Below are positions 11,401 to 23,400 of a stretch of DNA of 64,000 nt, in pieces (positions within the stretch are counted from its first letter, which is position 1; every line of letters starts with the position of its first letter). The stretch is from contig NC_091476.1 in the NCBI RefSeq assembly GCF_036971445.1, positions 10,974,001 to 11,038,000 of the forward strand, read 5' to 3'. The translations under genes were made by a program, and so were the position numbers. The notes under the pieces are model-generated. The model made no database searches, was not told the origin of the DNA, and was given only the letters and a program-made list of their open reading frames with translations. This DNA comes from Narcine bancroftii. Lineage: Eukaryota.

Positions 11401-14400
11401 GCATCGGACTTGTCAGCCACAAACGAGCCTGCAGCTGACGTGGACTTTTTACCCCCTCCATAAATCTTCGTCCGCGAAGCCAAGCCAAAGAAAAGAATTA
11501 GTAATTAATATTTTATAATTATCAAGTAGAATGGAGTCTCTCCAATGTGTAGGCCATTCAGAACTACTCTGCAAACCTTTTGCAAAATCTTGTGTCAGAT
11601 TCAACCTTCAGTGTTATCTACATTCCAGGTGTTTGAAATTGCATTCCTGGTCCCAGATTGTTATTGTAAAATATGATCAATAATCCTAGAAACTGTGGAA
11701 AGCCCTGCCACTGTCCATTTGTCTGAGTGCTTTATCTCTGAATCTCAAACTCCTTATTTCTGTTTTGTAGCAAGCTTGCTATTCAATTCACTTTTCCTCA
11801 ATTTCACATGTATTAACTGACCTCAACTTTACACATGCTGAATTTTCCCACAATGTAACAATAACCAGGTTTCAAATACAAGTATTGTATATTAACTGTA
11901 TAGTGGACACAACCAGAAGTCTAAAGTGAATGCAAAATCTTTCTTGCTTTGCACTGTAAATTTTTTTCCTCCATTCTGACAAACATCAGTAACTCATGAT
12001 GTGAGAACATTTTATCTTACCCTTCTACAGTTGGCAACAGTAAAGCTGGAGGGGGCACAATTGGTGGTGGAAATAATCCTGCATAAAGAAAGCAAATTCA
12101 ATTTACAAAGCCAAATAAATTTAAAAAAAAACCAATTTCATTAAAACTACAAAATTTGGTGCCTGGCTCACAAGTTTACATGTTAGATCTACTTGGTACA
12201 TTGCAATTTGCCATCCTGGTTTGACTGATCAGAAATGATAAGAATAACTACATGGATATTTCCCAACAGTTTAATCATTCATATAGATCAGAAAACTACA
12301 GAATTTGATCCCAGATCGTGCTGTTAGTCAACCTCAGCTTGGGGATCAATGAGAACTTTTAAGTAAGTTCAACCAATCACATTAAAGATGGAAATATGGA
12401 CAATTTGCAAAAACAATGTCTTAAATTTTACTACACCATTCAATGCTCATTTTGCATTACAATAAACTTATCAGGAATATTTTAAGGAATGCTGCAAGAG
12501 GCAGATGTATCTGTATTATCCATTTATATCCATATCATACAGCAACATAATTTAGAATTCATTCTTGTGGAATTAAATTAGTTTGCATACAGTTGTATTT
12601 GCTGGATTAAAAAAAAAATTAAAAGTACAGTACAACTCCGATTATCCAAAAAATGGATTCTCCAAAATCTTCATTTATCCAAATTTTTTTTTTAATTCGG
12701 AAAAATTAGGATATCCAAAATAAATTAATTATTTTTGGAGCCAAACTGACCTCAAAGGTTGAAAAAAACTTCACCCGACATGAAATTAGAACTATTGTCC
12801 TTGTTTCAGGTAACTCCCTCCCCTCTCTCTTTTCATTTCTTCTTTACCTTTCCCTTTTGACTTTTCTTTCCAACTCTTCCTCTCAAACTGTGTCACTGTC
12901 TCCCAGCTGCAAATGGTTGGAAGAATCCTTTGTACTGGCGACATCAAGGAGAGCAGCCTCCTGGGCAGGAGTGGGACCTCTGGCTCAGTGGCGTACCCCC
13001 TCCCCGTTGGCACATCAGACACTGAGTCTGAATCCTCCCATTGGCCTATTTCCCTGGTGTGCATATGCGGTAGGCCTAGGGGAGAATATGAAGTCAGGAC
13101 TCCGGCGTCAGGGCCCCCGGTGACCAGGGAGACAAGAGCCTGCTGACTCGCCAGTGAGTGTTCCACCAGCCCGGGGATCAGCAGTGGGTTCGTGTCAGGG
13201 ATCGACATTGGCGGTTGAGTTCATCTTGGTGATCAGCAGCAGGTAGCATTTTTTTTTTTGGTGAGAATTAAACATTATCTTAATGCTTAAAAAGCCTTCC
13301 CTTGTTGTTTGTTGTTTAAACATGGATACAAGTGATTTGCCGTTGCTACTGGGCTGTTTTTAAAGTGACCAGTTCTCCAGAAAAACGTTTATCTGATATA
13401 GGCCTGGTCCCGACCATTTCAGATAAATTGGAGTTGTACTGTATATACCTTTCTGTCACAAATTTAAAGCTGACCCTATGCAAAACATACTCTGTTCCAA
13501 GTGTGAGATTATTTTATCGGTAAGGCTCCTGTCATTGTGAAATCAACTGTTATTACTTCAGACTCGAATTGTTGATCATTTGAGAAAACCAAATAAATTT
13601 ATCACAGTTGTACATGTAAATTGAATGCAGGATTACCTGGTAGAGATCCAGGTGGCGGCATTCCTGTAAAGAAAAGAAGTTTCACTGTCTTTAAAACAAA
13701 CCAACTATATAAATTGACAATATAAAGTTCTCCAGTTACCTGACAGAGAGGTTCCTTCTGAACCATCCCAAGGCAGAAAAAAAATCTTTTAATCTAATGA
13801 TATTATTGGCAAGTTACAGATTATTGTTTCATTCATCACCTCCATCACAGAACATCTTGATGAGCACACATTTTACAGTATTCCAAATAACCATTTACGG
13901 AGCGGAAACAGGCCATGTTGGCCTTTCGAGTCCGCACCGGTTCACTGATTTTGTGCACCCTCTTCAGGCATTGGTCCCGGTAGATCTTCATTCAATAACG
14001 ATGGGCGAATTCAATGCAGGTGGAATCAGATATTAGCAAAACTATGAGCATTCCGAGAAATTGATTTTAATTTCAGTATCACCATTGAAACAATGGGAAC
14101 TACTAAGAGTTAATGTTTCCAAATCAAAGTACAGTGCAGATTTTATGTGCATAACTGTATTGCAAGTCTGATTTATGCTGTTGAACAAGAAAGCCTGCAG
14201 ATGCTGGGGTCAAGTGCAATGCACAAGCATGTTGGAAGAAATAAAAACACAAAATGCTGGAGAAGCTCAGCACATCAAACGGTCCTTTATGTAGCAAAGG
14301 CAAAGATACAGAACTGCGTTTCAGGCTTGAGACCTTCAACAAAGTACGAGAAAATGCCAGTGAACGTCAAAATAAGAGGGGGTAGCAGGGCAGGAGATGA

Positions 14401-17400
14401 TAGGTGGAGAAGGGAGGGAACAGCAGCACGGATTGTCGGGGGGGGGGAAGGCAGGGCTGTATAGGTGAAAGAACTGGAAAGCAGGAAATGTGGAAGGGGA
14501 AGAAAAGGCAAGCAGGTTTAATCAATGTTCATGCTATTTGGAAAATAAGGTGGTGTTTGTTCAATCTGCGGGTGGTCACGGTGGGACAGTACAACATGCT
14601 GAAGAAACTCAGCAGGTCTTGCAGCATCCTCAAACAGTACCTGACGAAGGGCCCAGGCCCAAAATATTGGTTACCCTTTACTTCCTATTGTTTCTCCAGC
14701 ATGTTTGTGTATTAGTGTGGCACCAAGGGCCCTTCTATCCCCTGAAAGGAGACATCCATTGAGGTTTTGTATCAATAAAAAGTTTCCAATGTTCATAATT
14801 TTTCAACAGAGCCCACAATAATTTAAATATATCTGATGGAATAAAATTGAAAAGTGGCCATCCTGCTTGTTCTATAAGGATAGAAAGGATAGATACAGAT
14901 GCAAGCGAACAGACTGGCATTCGAAATGACGAACGCGTTTAGCGTTTATCTTGTCCTTCCCAGAATAGAAAATGGGAAACGAATAGCCGTTTCAATCTCA
15001 AGAATGTAATTTATTTAATTTCATTAGCTATGCAACTACAGGGTAAATCTGGCAAATAAAAATAATGAGTGACATTTATAGGGAAATTAAATTCATGTGG
15101 ATTCTCCCTTATTTGGTATAACTCATAGCTGCAATTCTCTGATCATGCTCAAGATATTACTCAAATTATTTAACATGAAGACATCATACCAAAAATTATT
15201 TTCCTTTCCACTTGATTTTCACAAGCATACGCATTTCAAAAATAGCATCCTGTTCCAAAGATTTTTAATACCCTAATACTCTTCACAGACCACAGAACAA
15301 CTGCAAGTAATAACACTTTAAACCATTTGAAATTTAAAAAAAAACATTTTGAGGCAACTTAAAACATATGAAGAAATTCTGCTCATCTCATGCTGTCCAA
15401 AATTCAGAAAAAAATTTAAATCTAAGCAGGTAACAAATTAAGGTAATGTAGCAAATTAGAAATCATATTTATAGGTGAGCACTGGCAGTTAATTTCTGGT
15501 AGAAGCATTTTAAAATATCTTCTCACAATGCATTGTCAAAGACAATTACAGTAAATAGAAATTTAAGTACTCTTCCCAACACACTATTCCTTTGTTATTG
15601 AGACTTTATTAGATTATATGACAATTAGAAAGTACAGTTGTACTTTGTGGTTCTTACCAGGTGGGTGCATGGGTGGTGGTCCACTTGTGACAGGAGGGGG
15701 TGGGTGCAAGAAATGAGGGGGTGGTCCAGGTAATGGAGGAGGAGGACCAGTAGGGAATGGCGGTCTTTTGTTTCCTTGATCTCCAAGAACCTAATCGCAT
15801 AAAAAACACAACCTTTTTAATAAAACAGTCTATAGATCTTTAATTGTCCTCAGCAATGGGTTCTATTCCAAGCTATGTCACAAGGCACTCAAAAGATTAC
15901 CGCATGATAGGTTTGGAGCCACAAGGCTAGAGCAGGTTAAAAGAATGCAGATTAAGAAATTTGAAATAAAACACAAGTCAGGCATCTGTGGAAAGTGATT
16001 CTGAGTTACATTTCAAGTCAAAGAACCTGAAATATTAACTTTATTTTCCTTTTCATAGGTACTCTGAACTATTTCCAGCATTTCCTTTATTTTAATAGCC
16101 AATTTCATTCCACAAATCTGCTGGTTTGACAAACATTATGACTGATATTATATTTTTATTACTGATTTATACAAATGCTTGAGCTAGCAGCAAGGCAGGC
16201 AATCGGATTCATAGACTTGCCACTTTGCAAAGGTGGTAAATCCATTCTCAATCACTATTTCCATTTAGAATTCAAATAGATCAGAATTTGCAGCTTTTTC
16301 AGTATTTATATGTAAACCCATTACATTTTTCTAACCACTGAAAGGTCTTCTCTAATGCATTATTATTCTTTGCAGTTCAAGTGACAAACTTTCTGCATCA
16401 ACTTACAGTCAGTGCCTCACCCAAGATAAATGAATTGTTTTTGGGTTGGGACAAACCAATGCTCCTCACAAATGGCCCAGGAATTTGTTACATCCATTGA
16501 AACTGTGCCTGCCTTTCTTTGCTTGGCTGTTTTATCTTGCAATGCGTTTCATAAGCTTTTATCACTCAGATTTACAACACAGAACTCAGGTCCTTCAGTG
16601 CAACTTGCCTGTGCTGACCAAATTCATCCCATTTGCCTGCGTTTGCCCCACATCCCTTTAAACTTTTCTCATCCATGAATTTGTTCACATGTCTTTTAAA
16701 AGTTACAATTGTCCTAACCTGTACCATTTTCTCTGGCAGCTCATTCCATAAACTCACTAGCTTATTGTGTGATGGCACCCCTCAGATCCCTTTTAAATCT
16801 TTTCCCTCTCACCTTAAATCTATGCTCTTTAATTACAGATTCCCCAACCTGGTTAAAAATGACCTGATCTATCCCCCTCATAATTTTTTAAACCTCGACA
16901 AGGCTCCCCCCCCACCTCCACCACCCCAGCCTCCTATGTTCTAAGGAGATAAGTCCCAGATGCTCCTTGGAATTCAACACCACCAGTCTTGGCAACATCC
17001 TTGTGAAACTTTTCTGTACCCTTTTCAATGTAATGATATCTTTCTTATAGCAGGGTGATCAGAACATAATACTCCACTTTTGAATCTTCTCATGTAATGA
17101 CATTCTACAGTTAAGAATATATTCCCACTGTTGATTTCCATATCCCAGGTGCTTCACTTTATTGTATTTATCATTTCTTCCCCCCCACCCCCCCCCATCA
17201 CTTATCTACATAGATCTCTGTAGATCACAATAATAGGTCAGTTTTGCATGCGAAAAGTAGCAAACTGCTACAAGTTGAAATCATTAATGATACAAGTTAA
17301 AATGGCAGAAAATAACCCTTTGTTCTGAACCAAAATTATGTTTATGATCTAATTGTGGGATTAGCTTGGCAAATGTTTCTATCCACCTAAACAAGATGAA

Positions 17401-20400
17401 GGAGCCTTCAATACGTTTCTCCTTAAGATGACAGTCACCCAGTGTCTGTCGGCCTTTATAAAAAAAAACTAATATAAAGGTGGATATTCTCTGCCTTTAC
17501 ATCATTTAAATTACCTTCTTGAAAGCTCCAAGGGCAGATTCAGGAGGCGAACTCCGATCTGCCTAGGGGAATTCACTCAGAGGTGGAGCAACTCTCTCCA
17601 CCTCTTCCATGAAGGCAATTCTGCTGAAAGCAGCTGCGAAAGGGTGGGCTGATGAAGTTGCAATGACGTCAGTCTACGACCCAGTAGCGTGAATTTTAAA
17701 GCGCTCCGTGTGGTCAGATCCTTAATTTAAAATATTGTAGATTTTTTTTTTTTTTTTTTTTTTACACAGTACCCGTTTGACTGCAGTAAGAATTTTGTTC
17801 TTTTGGGTGGGAGGGAATGTCTCTATTAATTTTTCACTTCCTGGTGCACGTGGATGATGTCACAGTGATGGGCGGCAATATTGCACAACTTGCTCTGCCT
17901 CCCTCAGTTCCGGAAGATGGCTTCCGACGCTGCTCAGTAAAAAAGCAAAGCCGAACCAGCCTTGTAGACCTTCTCCATAAAAAGGTAAATTCAACTTTTT
18001 TCATTGAGCCACCTTTCAGGTGGCATGGCACCATGAAAAGGCCTTGTAAGTGATAATTCAATGCTTAAATAAGTGAATTCTGGATGATGACCACTTACTA
18101 TTTATCACTGTTATCACCAACCCCAAACTATGATTAATTCCCAACATAAAATGACCTTTCTCATTTTCATTATTGAAAATTATGACTTTGATATAGTTTT
18201 GGGCATGGACTGATCTTTGAAACCTCTCAAAATGACACTTCAAAATAGACCATGTCTGTTTACACATCAGTCATAAAGAGCAGAGTAGCAGGAATGTGCT
18301 TTGCACAACTTTTAATATAAACAATCCAATTTTATTTTTGTCATTCATATGAAGAAGAAAATTATTTACTTGAATAGCACTCTCATCTCCTCCATGCTTG
18401 TCTCGTCGCCTTCCTTCTACCCTCCTGATGGAACCCGTGTATCCACCAATTACATCAATCGTTCCAGCAAGTTTTCTAGAAGAAATACTTAATTTTACAT
18501 TAAATCTGATAGTTCCAAAAGATGAGTCAAACAAAATTCTGAGAATTAGTATCATTTAAAAGTAACAATTTCAAAAGATACCAAGTTAATTCAGATTTTC
18601 CAACAACATTCTTTAGATTCCAAATGCAGGCGACTTCTACAATCCATCCCTAGAAAGCAGTCCATATTTCCAAAATAGTGTTTACTTTTCATCCTCCACA
18701 CAAGTTCCCTGATAGTGGATTTAATTACATATTGCAAAATGTTTCTATTAAGAGTTTTGAAATTTGCAAGGGCAAATTTCCACGACTTGAATGGCACAAC
18801 TCAGGATCATCAGTATATAGTTACACTACAACCCCGATTATACAAAATGGTCGGGACCGGGCCCATTTCAGATAAATTTTTTTTTCCAGTCTTTTTTTTA
18901 AAAGCAGCCCAGTAGAAACAGCAAATTACTTGCAACAGTGTTTAAACAATGACAAACAATAAAGTAAGGCTCTTAAAGCATTAAAATATTGTTTAATTCT
19001 CACAAAAAACAAAAATGTTGGCCAACACCAATCACCAACACCTCCCCACCGATCTCCCGCTCGTGCTGGGAGCCCGAGGTCCCTTGCTGCCGGTGCTGAG
19101 AGCCCGAGGTCCTAGTCAGATTGGCTCCAAAAAAATTTCGGATGACTGAGGATTTTGGAGAATCTGATTTTGGATAATCAGAGTTGTGCTGTATGCCCAC
19201 AAAACACATTTAGGTGAATGTAAATGTTAAGTGCTCCTACAGTCATGCAAAGATTATGCAAAATAAAGGCATCTTGGAATAAAAAGAATTTCAAGATAAT
19301 TTAAACAATGTGGAAGAAAATCTTCTGTTTTCCTACATTATTGAATTAACGTTGCGGGATCAGTGTTAATTTATTCCGAAGGACAGAAGATGTCACAGAT
19401 TCAAAGAATTTGGTCCTGACAAATATTACATTTTCAAAATATATCCAACGTGTTCAAGGACATTTATATGAAGTTGATGTTGAGTTTGTCCAGGGCTGAC
19501 TTGGAAAAGGTTATATGAATTACATTAAAATACAGTGCAATAACTAGTAACTTAAAAACCTTCTATAAAGCTATCACCATGGATAAAATATTAATGCATA
19601 TGGGTTCCACTTGCTAAATAAAAGAAATCTACATATTTATGTCAGTTATCACATATAAAATGAATATTTAGCTTAAGAGTCATAAATGTACATTTTGGTA
19701 AATTGTATTAAAAATAGCTACACTTTCACCATTCTGCTTTTAATTACTGCAAAGCGATCAACATTGAAATAAACACCGTTAAAGGTGTTTGAGTAGTGGA
19801 GGAGGAATTTCTCTCGTGCAATTTTGAGATGTCAAATTACTGCATTGAAAACAATTGCCTTTGTACATTGTTTTAAACTTTTTTGTTGACTATTTTTGTT
19901 TTAAGACCATACAGATGGAGTCTTAAAGAACAAATGAAATAGTACAATGGCATTAATAGAAGCCCTATATTATTTATCCTCGTTTCTTTTATATCTGCTT
20001 GTTTCAAGGCTTTATTCATTTCATGATTTTTAAACTATTAAAAATGCTTTAATCCTCATTAAGGCAATGGACACTAGCTGCAGACAGATTTGCAACAATG
20101 GCATTAATAATGGCGAACAGCTCGTCTGACTTTGCAACATAATCCATTCAGTTTGAGTGCATCCAACAAACAATTCCAGGATTAACATTTGGCTTGTTGG
20201 CCTTTGCTGCATGACGCACACACACATTTCAAAATACAGGTATGCCCCACTTAACGTCCACAATATGTTATGTGAAATTGGGCTTTATGCAATATAGCAA
20301 AGCTATATGGGATACTGCAGTGTACCTGTAAACTTTTTATTTGTAAGAAGGGATCAGTGTGAGGACTGACACGGGGCAGTGGAATTAGTTTAGGGACTGA

Positions 20401-23400
20401 TACAGGGCTGTGGGGAGAGAGCTGGGCAGTCGGATCAGTTTGGGTATACAGTATACAATTTCCTATAGCTAGCTTTTTCTAAATTGCTGTGGACTTGCTC
20501 GTGGTAACTGAATAATTATGGGATCGGACGTTGCCCGAATGGGTGTTAAGCAGCGCATACCTGTATTTAATCCCATCCACATCCACCGTAAATGGATCAG
20601 TACTGTTATTTTTTAAAAATTCCTGACTGCCAAATTAGGGTTTGCTTATTAATTTGAGACAAATATGCGGTTGTGAACTGGGTGGCATTTTTCACGCTTT
20701 GCTGGATTTCTCCTGCACTCCCGCGGTCAAAATTTTTTAATATATAAAAAAAAAATGCGGTTGTTATTAGTTATTCTAACTTCTGCACCAATTACTATGG
20801 CTGGTTTACAGTGGCCATTGATATGAGAGTTCGGAATTTTCCAAAACTATATGGCTTAGCTGCACGATGCCTATAATTGGACGTAAACTATCCAGTCAGC
20901 AAAGTTTTACATTTTAGATTTTCTTCACTCACAATCTGAAGTCCGTAAACAACTTAAAAAGGAAAATGTTATCACTTAAGTAGAAACATTTTCAATGTTA
21001 ATTTCATTTACAAATAATTTTAAAGGTAATAGTGAGAATTCTGGGAATTATAGACCAGTGAGTCTTACATCAGTGGTCAGCAAACTATTAGAGAGGATTC
21101 CTAAGGACACGATTTTTGAGCATACAAGGAGAAGGTCAAGCATCACAAACCTGATTACATTTGATTTTGAGAAGAACTTGATGAAGGTAGGATTGTAGAT
21201 GTGATGTAAATGGATTTTATTAAAAGGCATTTGACATGAGATAATCATTATTGAACATCATGAGGCATGGGATCAATGGAACTTTGGCTGTGTGGATTCA
21301 GAATTGGCTTGTTTGTAGAGGGGAGGGAGGGGTGGTCAGAAAGTATTCTGCCTGGAAGTCGGTGATTAGTGGTGTTCTGTAAGGATCTGTTCTGTGACTC
21401 CTGTTCTTTGTGATTAAAAAAAAAAAGATCTGGACAAAGAGGAGGGATGGGTCAGTAAATTTGCAGATGATAAGAAGGTCGGAGGAGTTGTGGATAGTGT
21501 TGAAGGTTGTCGTAGGTTACAACAAAATATTAACAGGATGGAGGGTTGGGGAGAAAAGTGGCAGATCAGAGAAGTGAGAGGTGATGCATTTTGGAAAATC
21601 ATACGAAGGCAGAGTACAAGATTAATGGTACCATACTTAACAGCATGGAAGAACTGAGGGACCTTGGGATCCATCCAGAGATCTCACAAGGTTGCCACAC
21701 AGGTTGATAGGTTAGTTAAGGCGGCTTATAGAGTGCTGGGCTTCATTAATCCAGGGAAGGAGTTCAAGAGTCGTGAGGTAATGTTGCAGCTCTACAAATC
21801 TCTTGTGAGTCCACACTTGGAATATTGCATTCAGTTCTGGTCACCTCATGACAGGATGGATGAGGAAGCTCTGGAGAGGGAATGGAAGAAATTTCCCAGG
21901 ATATTGCCTTGATTGGAAAATGGGTCTTATGAGGAAAGTTAGCAGAGGTAGGGCTGTTTTCTTTGGAGCAAAGGATGAGAGGGGTCTTTAATGGAGGTTT
22001 ACAAGATTCTGAGAGGCATAGATAAGGTAGTCTCCCAGCACTTTATTTCCACAACAGGGGCTAGCAAACACCAGAGGTCATCTGTACAAGTGAAAGGAGG
22101 AAAGTTTAGGGGAGACAGCAGGGGTGTTTTAAAAAAAATATATATTCACAGAGCAGTGGGTGCCTGGAATGCATTGCCAGGGGTGGTGGCAGAGGCTGGG
22201 GCAATAGGGGCATTTAAGAGACTCTTTGACAGGCAAATGGATGAAAGAAAAATTGAGGGTGATGAGGGAAGGAAGGGTTTAAGTTTTTTTTTGGGTAGGT
22301 ATATGTAGGTTGGCACCACATTGTGGATCAAAGGGCGTGTGCTGTGCGGTCCAGAAGAAATTTACGAGAGAACACATGAACTTACATTTTCCTATCACTT
22401 ATAAAAAACCTCTCTTTTTAGAGGCCTAAAAGCATCACAAAATTTCCAAGTTGTTCAAGGTTTGTCTAGCATTCCAAATCGAAAATAGCTGTGGAATTTA
22501 CCTATTGGGTGGTGGGCCCACTTTCATCCTTCCTCCAGGTGGAGATACAAAGTCAGCCTTCAATTCCACTTTTGGCAAATTGTTTTCTATATCCTTCTCC
22601 ACGTTCCCTACTCTCCCTTGCTGAAACTAGGTAAAAGGAAAGTATCTTAAATAATATTTAAGGTATATAGGTGAAATTTTAACAAAATCTTGTGAGCCTT
22701 TTCAGATGGATAAAAGAATGACATGGTACTATTTAACAGGTTTAAGAGAAAACGTCTCATAGACAATGCCCATCAAAGCACTTTTTAAAAAATTCACAAA
22801 AAAGTATTTTTACTCAAAGAGACATGCACATGTTTTAAAGTGTTTCAACATTACAAAGATAAAGCTGACTATACATATCCCAGTTCTTTGCTTGCTCACA
22901 ATCAACTGTACATTCCAGTATGAAAACTTGTGTTCGATGCAGTGTGCTCAATCTATTTCTTTAAGAATCAAATGTGGACTATTTTTTTTGACACATATTT
23001 GATCCAATACATCAACTTTTTGGGAGACTTTCTAAAGGTCTGGCTTTAGATCAATTTTTAAAGATGAACTTTAGACATATAGGATGGTAACTGGCCCATA
23101 AGCCCGTGTTGCCCAAATACACCAATTAACCTATAACCCCCGTACATTTGGAAGGGTAGGAGAAAACCAGAGCATCCAAAAGAAACTCAAGCAGATACAG
23201 AAAGAATATACAAACTTCTTATAGACAGCACCGGATTTGAACCCCAGTCACTGGTGCCCCAATAGAGTTGCGCTAACCACGCTGCCCTTTCTTGACTAAC
23301 TTAGTACAAAGAGAACCTGTAACCTCGATCTGTTAGTGCAAAAGAAGGACTCAAGAACTCCTTGACTTCATTTTGAACTTACTCCATCCAAAGCAGTTTA

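Noticed and set aside
17620-17690. Hammerhead ribozyme (GAAA ... CTGATGA)
   Set aside because: Spacing and stems do not fit any hammerhead topology and there is no UH site in position.
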